Shown: piece after piece, positions 62,842-64,000 of the stretch | Numbering within the stretch: the first letter of the stretch is position 1 | Layout: every line of letters starts with the position of its first letter | Assembly (NCBI GenBank): GCA_024679065.1 | Contig: JAGIQG010000040.1 | Coordinates: 5,766,001 to 5,830,000, forward strand | Origin: Sphyrna mokarran | Lineage: Eukaryota | DNA: 64,000 nt | Reading direction: 5' to 3' | Translations under genes and position numbers: made by a program | Notes under the pieces: generated by a model | What the model saw: the letters and a program-made list of their open reading frames with translations, nothing else | Told to the model about the DNA's origin: nothing | Databases searched by the model: none

Positions 62842-63579
62842 GCACAGTAAGAAGTCTCACAACACCAGGCTGAAGTCCAAGCAATTTATGTGATAGTAAA
62901 TCCACAAGCTTTCGGAAATGTTGTTCCTTCGTCAGTTGTATGGAAAGTTCTGATCAGAAAAGGGCATATAAAGGCACACACAGTTTCCAGAATACTAATG
63001 AGAATGCGAGTCTTTACAACTAACCTGTGATTCAAGTCTTAAGTGTGCAGACGATATGAGTGGAGATATCATTAAGCATAGGTTAAAGAGATGTGTATTA
63101 TCTCCAGACAGTACAGTAAGTGAGATGTTGCAATTTCAGGCAAGTCATGGGGTTACAGATAGTGTGACATGAACTCAAAATCCCCGTGGAGGCTGTTCTC
63201 GTGTGTGCAGAACTTGCCTATCAGTCTCTGCTCAGCGATTCTGTGCTATCGTGTGTGATGAAGGCCGCCTTGGAGAATGCTTGCCCGAAGATCAGAGGCC
63301 GAATGCCCGTGACCGCTGAAGTGTTCGCCAACAGGAAGGGAACAGTCTTGCTGGTGATTGTCCAGCGATGTTCATTCATCCATTGTCATAGCGCCTGCAT
63401 GGTCTCCCCAATGTACGTTACTTTGGGACATCATTTCTTACAGCGTATTAGGTAGACAACATTGTCCGAGTTGCAAGAGAATGTGCCGTGTACCTAGTGA
63501 ATGGAGCTCTCAATTTTGACATGATGAATATGAAATAAGATCAATATTTAAATGATGAGCGATCACGAAATTCTGAGGT

Positions 63580-64000
63580 ATAAATGAATTTGTCTGTTCT
63601 AGTCCAAAAATCACAAGGAATTAATGTACAAGTACAGCAATTAATTAGAAAATATCATAGAATGTTATCACTTATCACAAGGGAATTTATTGCAAAAAAT
63701 AGGTAGGGGATGTTTCCATTGTACAAGGCCATTGTGAGACCATATTTGGAGCATTGTGTAAAATACTTGTCTCCTTATGTAAAGAAAGATGTTAATGCTT
63801 TAGAAAATGTTCGTTGAAAGTTTGCAAAACTATTACCAGAATGAGCAGGTTATTTTACGAAGAAAGGATGGTGATGCTGGGTTTACATCCATTGGAGTTT
63901 AGAAGAGAAAGAGGCAACTTGATTGAAGCCTTTCAAACCGTAAGAGGAATTAACAGGATGGATGTGGAGCAGACGTTTCTTCTTGCCCAGAATTGTAGCT
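63580..64000 (+). mobile_element. Old CR1-like RT C-terminal fragment
   Basis: LYKAIVRPYLEHCV..SP..KKDV.ALE.V and LEFRRERGNLIE-like translations. Confidence 0.7.

Larger units (their letters stand above)
37983..63416 (-). repeat. Right arm of large inverted duplication
   Basis: Reverse complement of 1-26393 with substitutions and arm-specific indels; begins immediately after the N gap. Confidence 0.95.

Overview
Vertebrate genomic DNA, most likely from a cartilaginous fish (inferred from shark-type CR1/HER1-like LINE and HE1-like SINE 3' tails, Penelope-like elements and the expanded GPR139-like GPCR family). Almost the whole window is one large inverted duplication: about 1-26,390 mirrors about 63,416-37,983. 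The spacer between the arms holds a third, directly repeated GPCR unit and a 100-N assembly gap (37,883-37,982). Each outer arm carries a dense cluster of T-cell-receptor alpha/delta-type V segments in mixed orientation. There are 7 clearly recognisable V segments per arm, most with 23-bp-spacer RSSs, plus fainter relics, and only about 2-3 per arm look potentially functional. No D, J or C segments were found. The inner arms carry two-exon GPR139-like GPCR genes: one complete, one missing exon 1 at the gap, and one missing exon 1 and frameshifted. Most notable observations: (1) a repeated module with a CTCF-like motif about 25 bp downstream of V RSSs; (2) a V gene whose leader and V domain share one exon; (3) three retroelement junctions next to the Trp41 codon of different V segments; (4) divergence between otherwise near-identical mirror V copies concentrated in CDR1; (5) mosaic identity among the GPCR units. 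Everything was read by eye, repeat boundaries are approximate, and an assembly artefact (an allelic haplotig scaffolded in inverted orientation) cannot be excluded.
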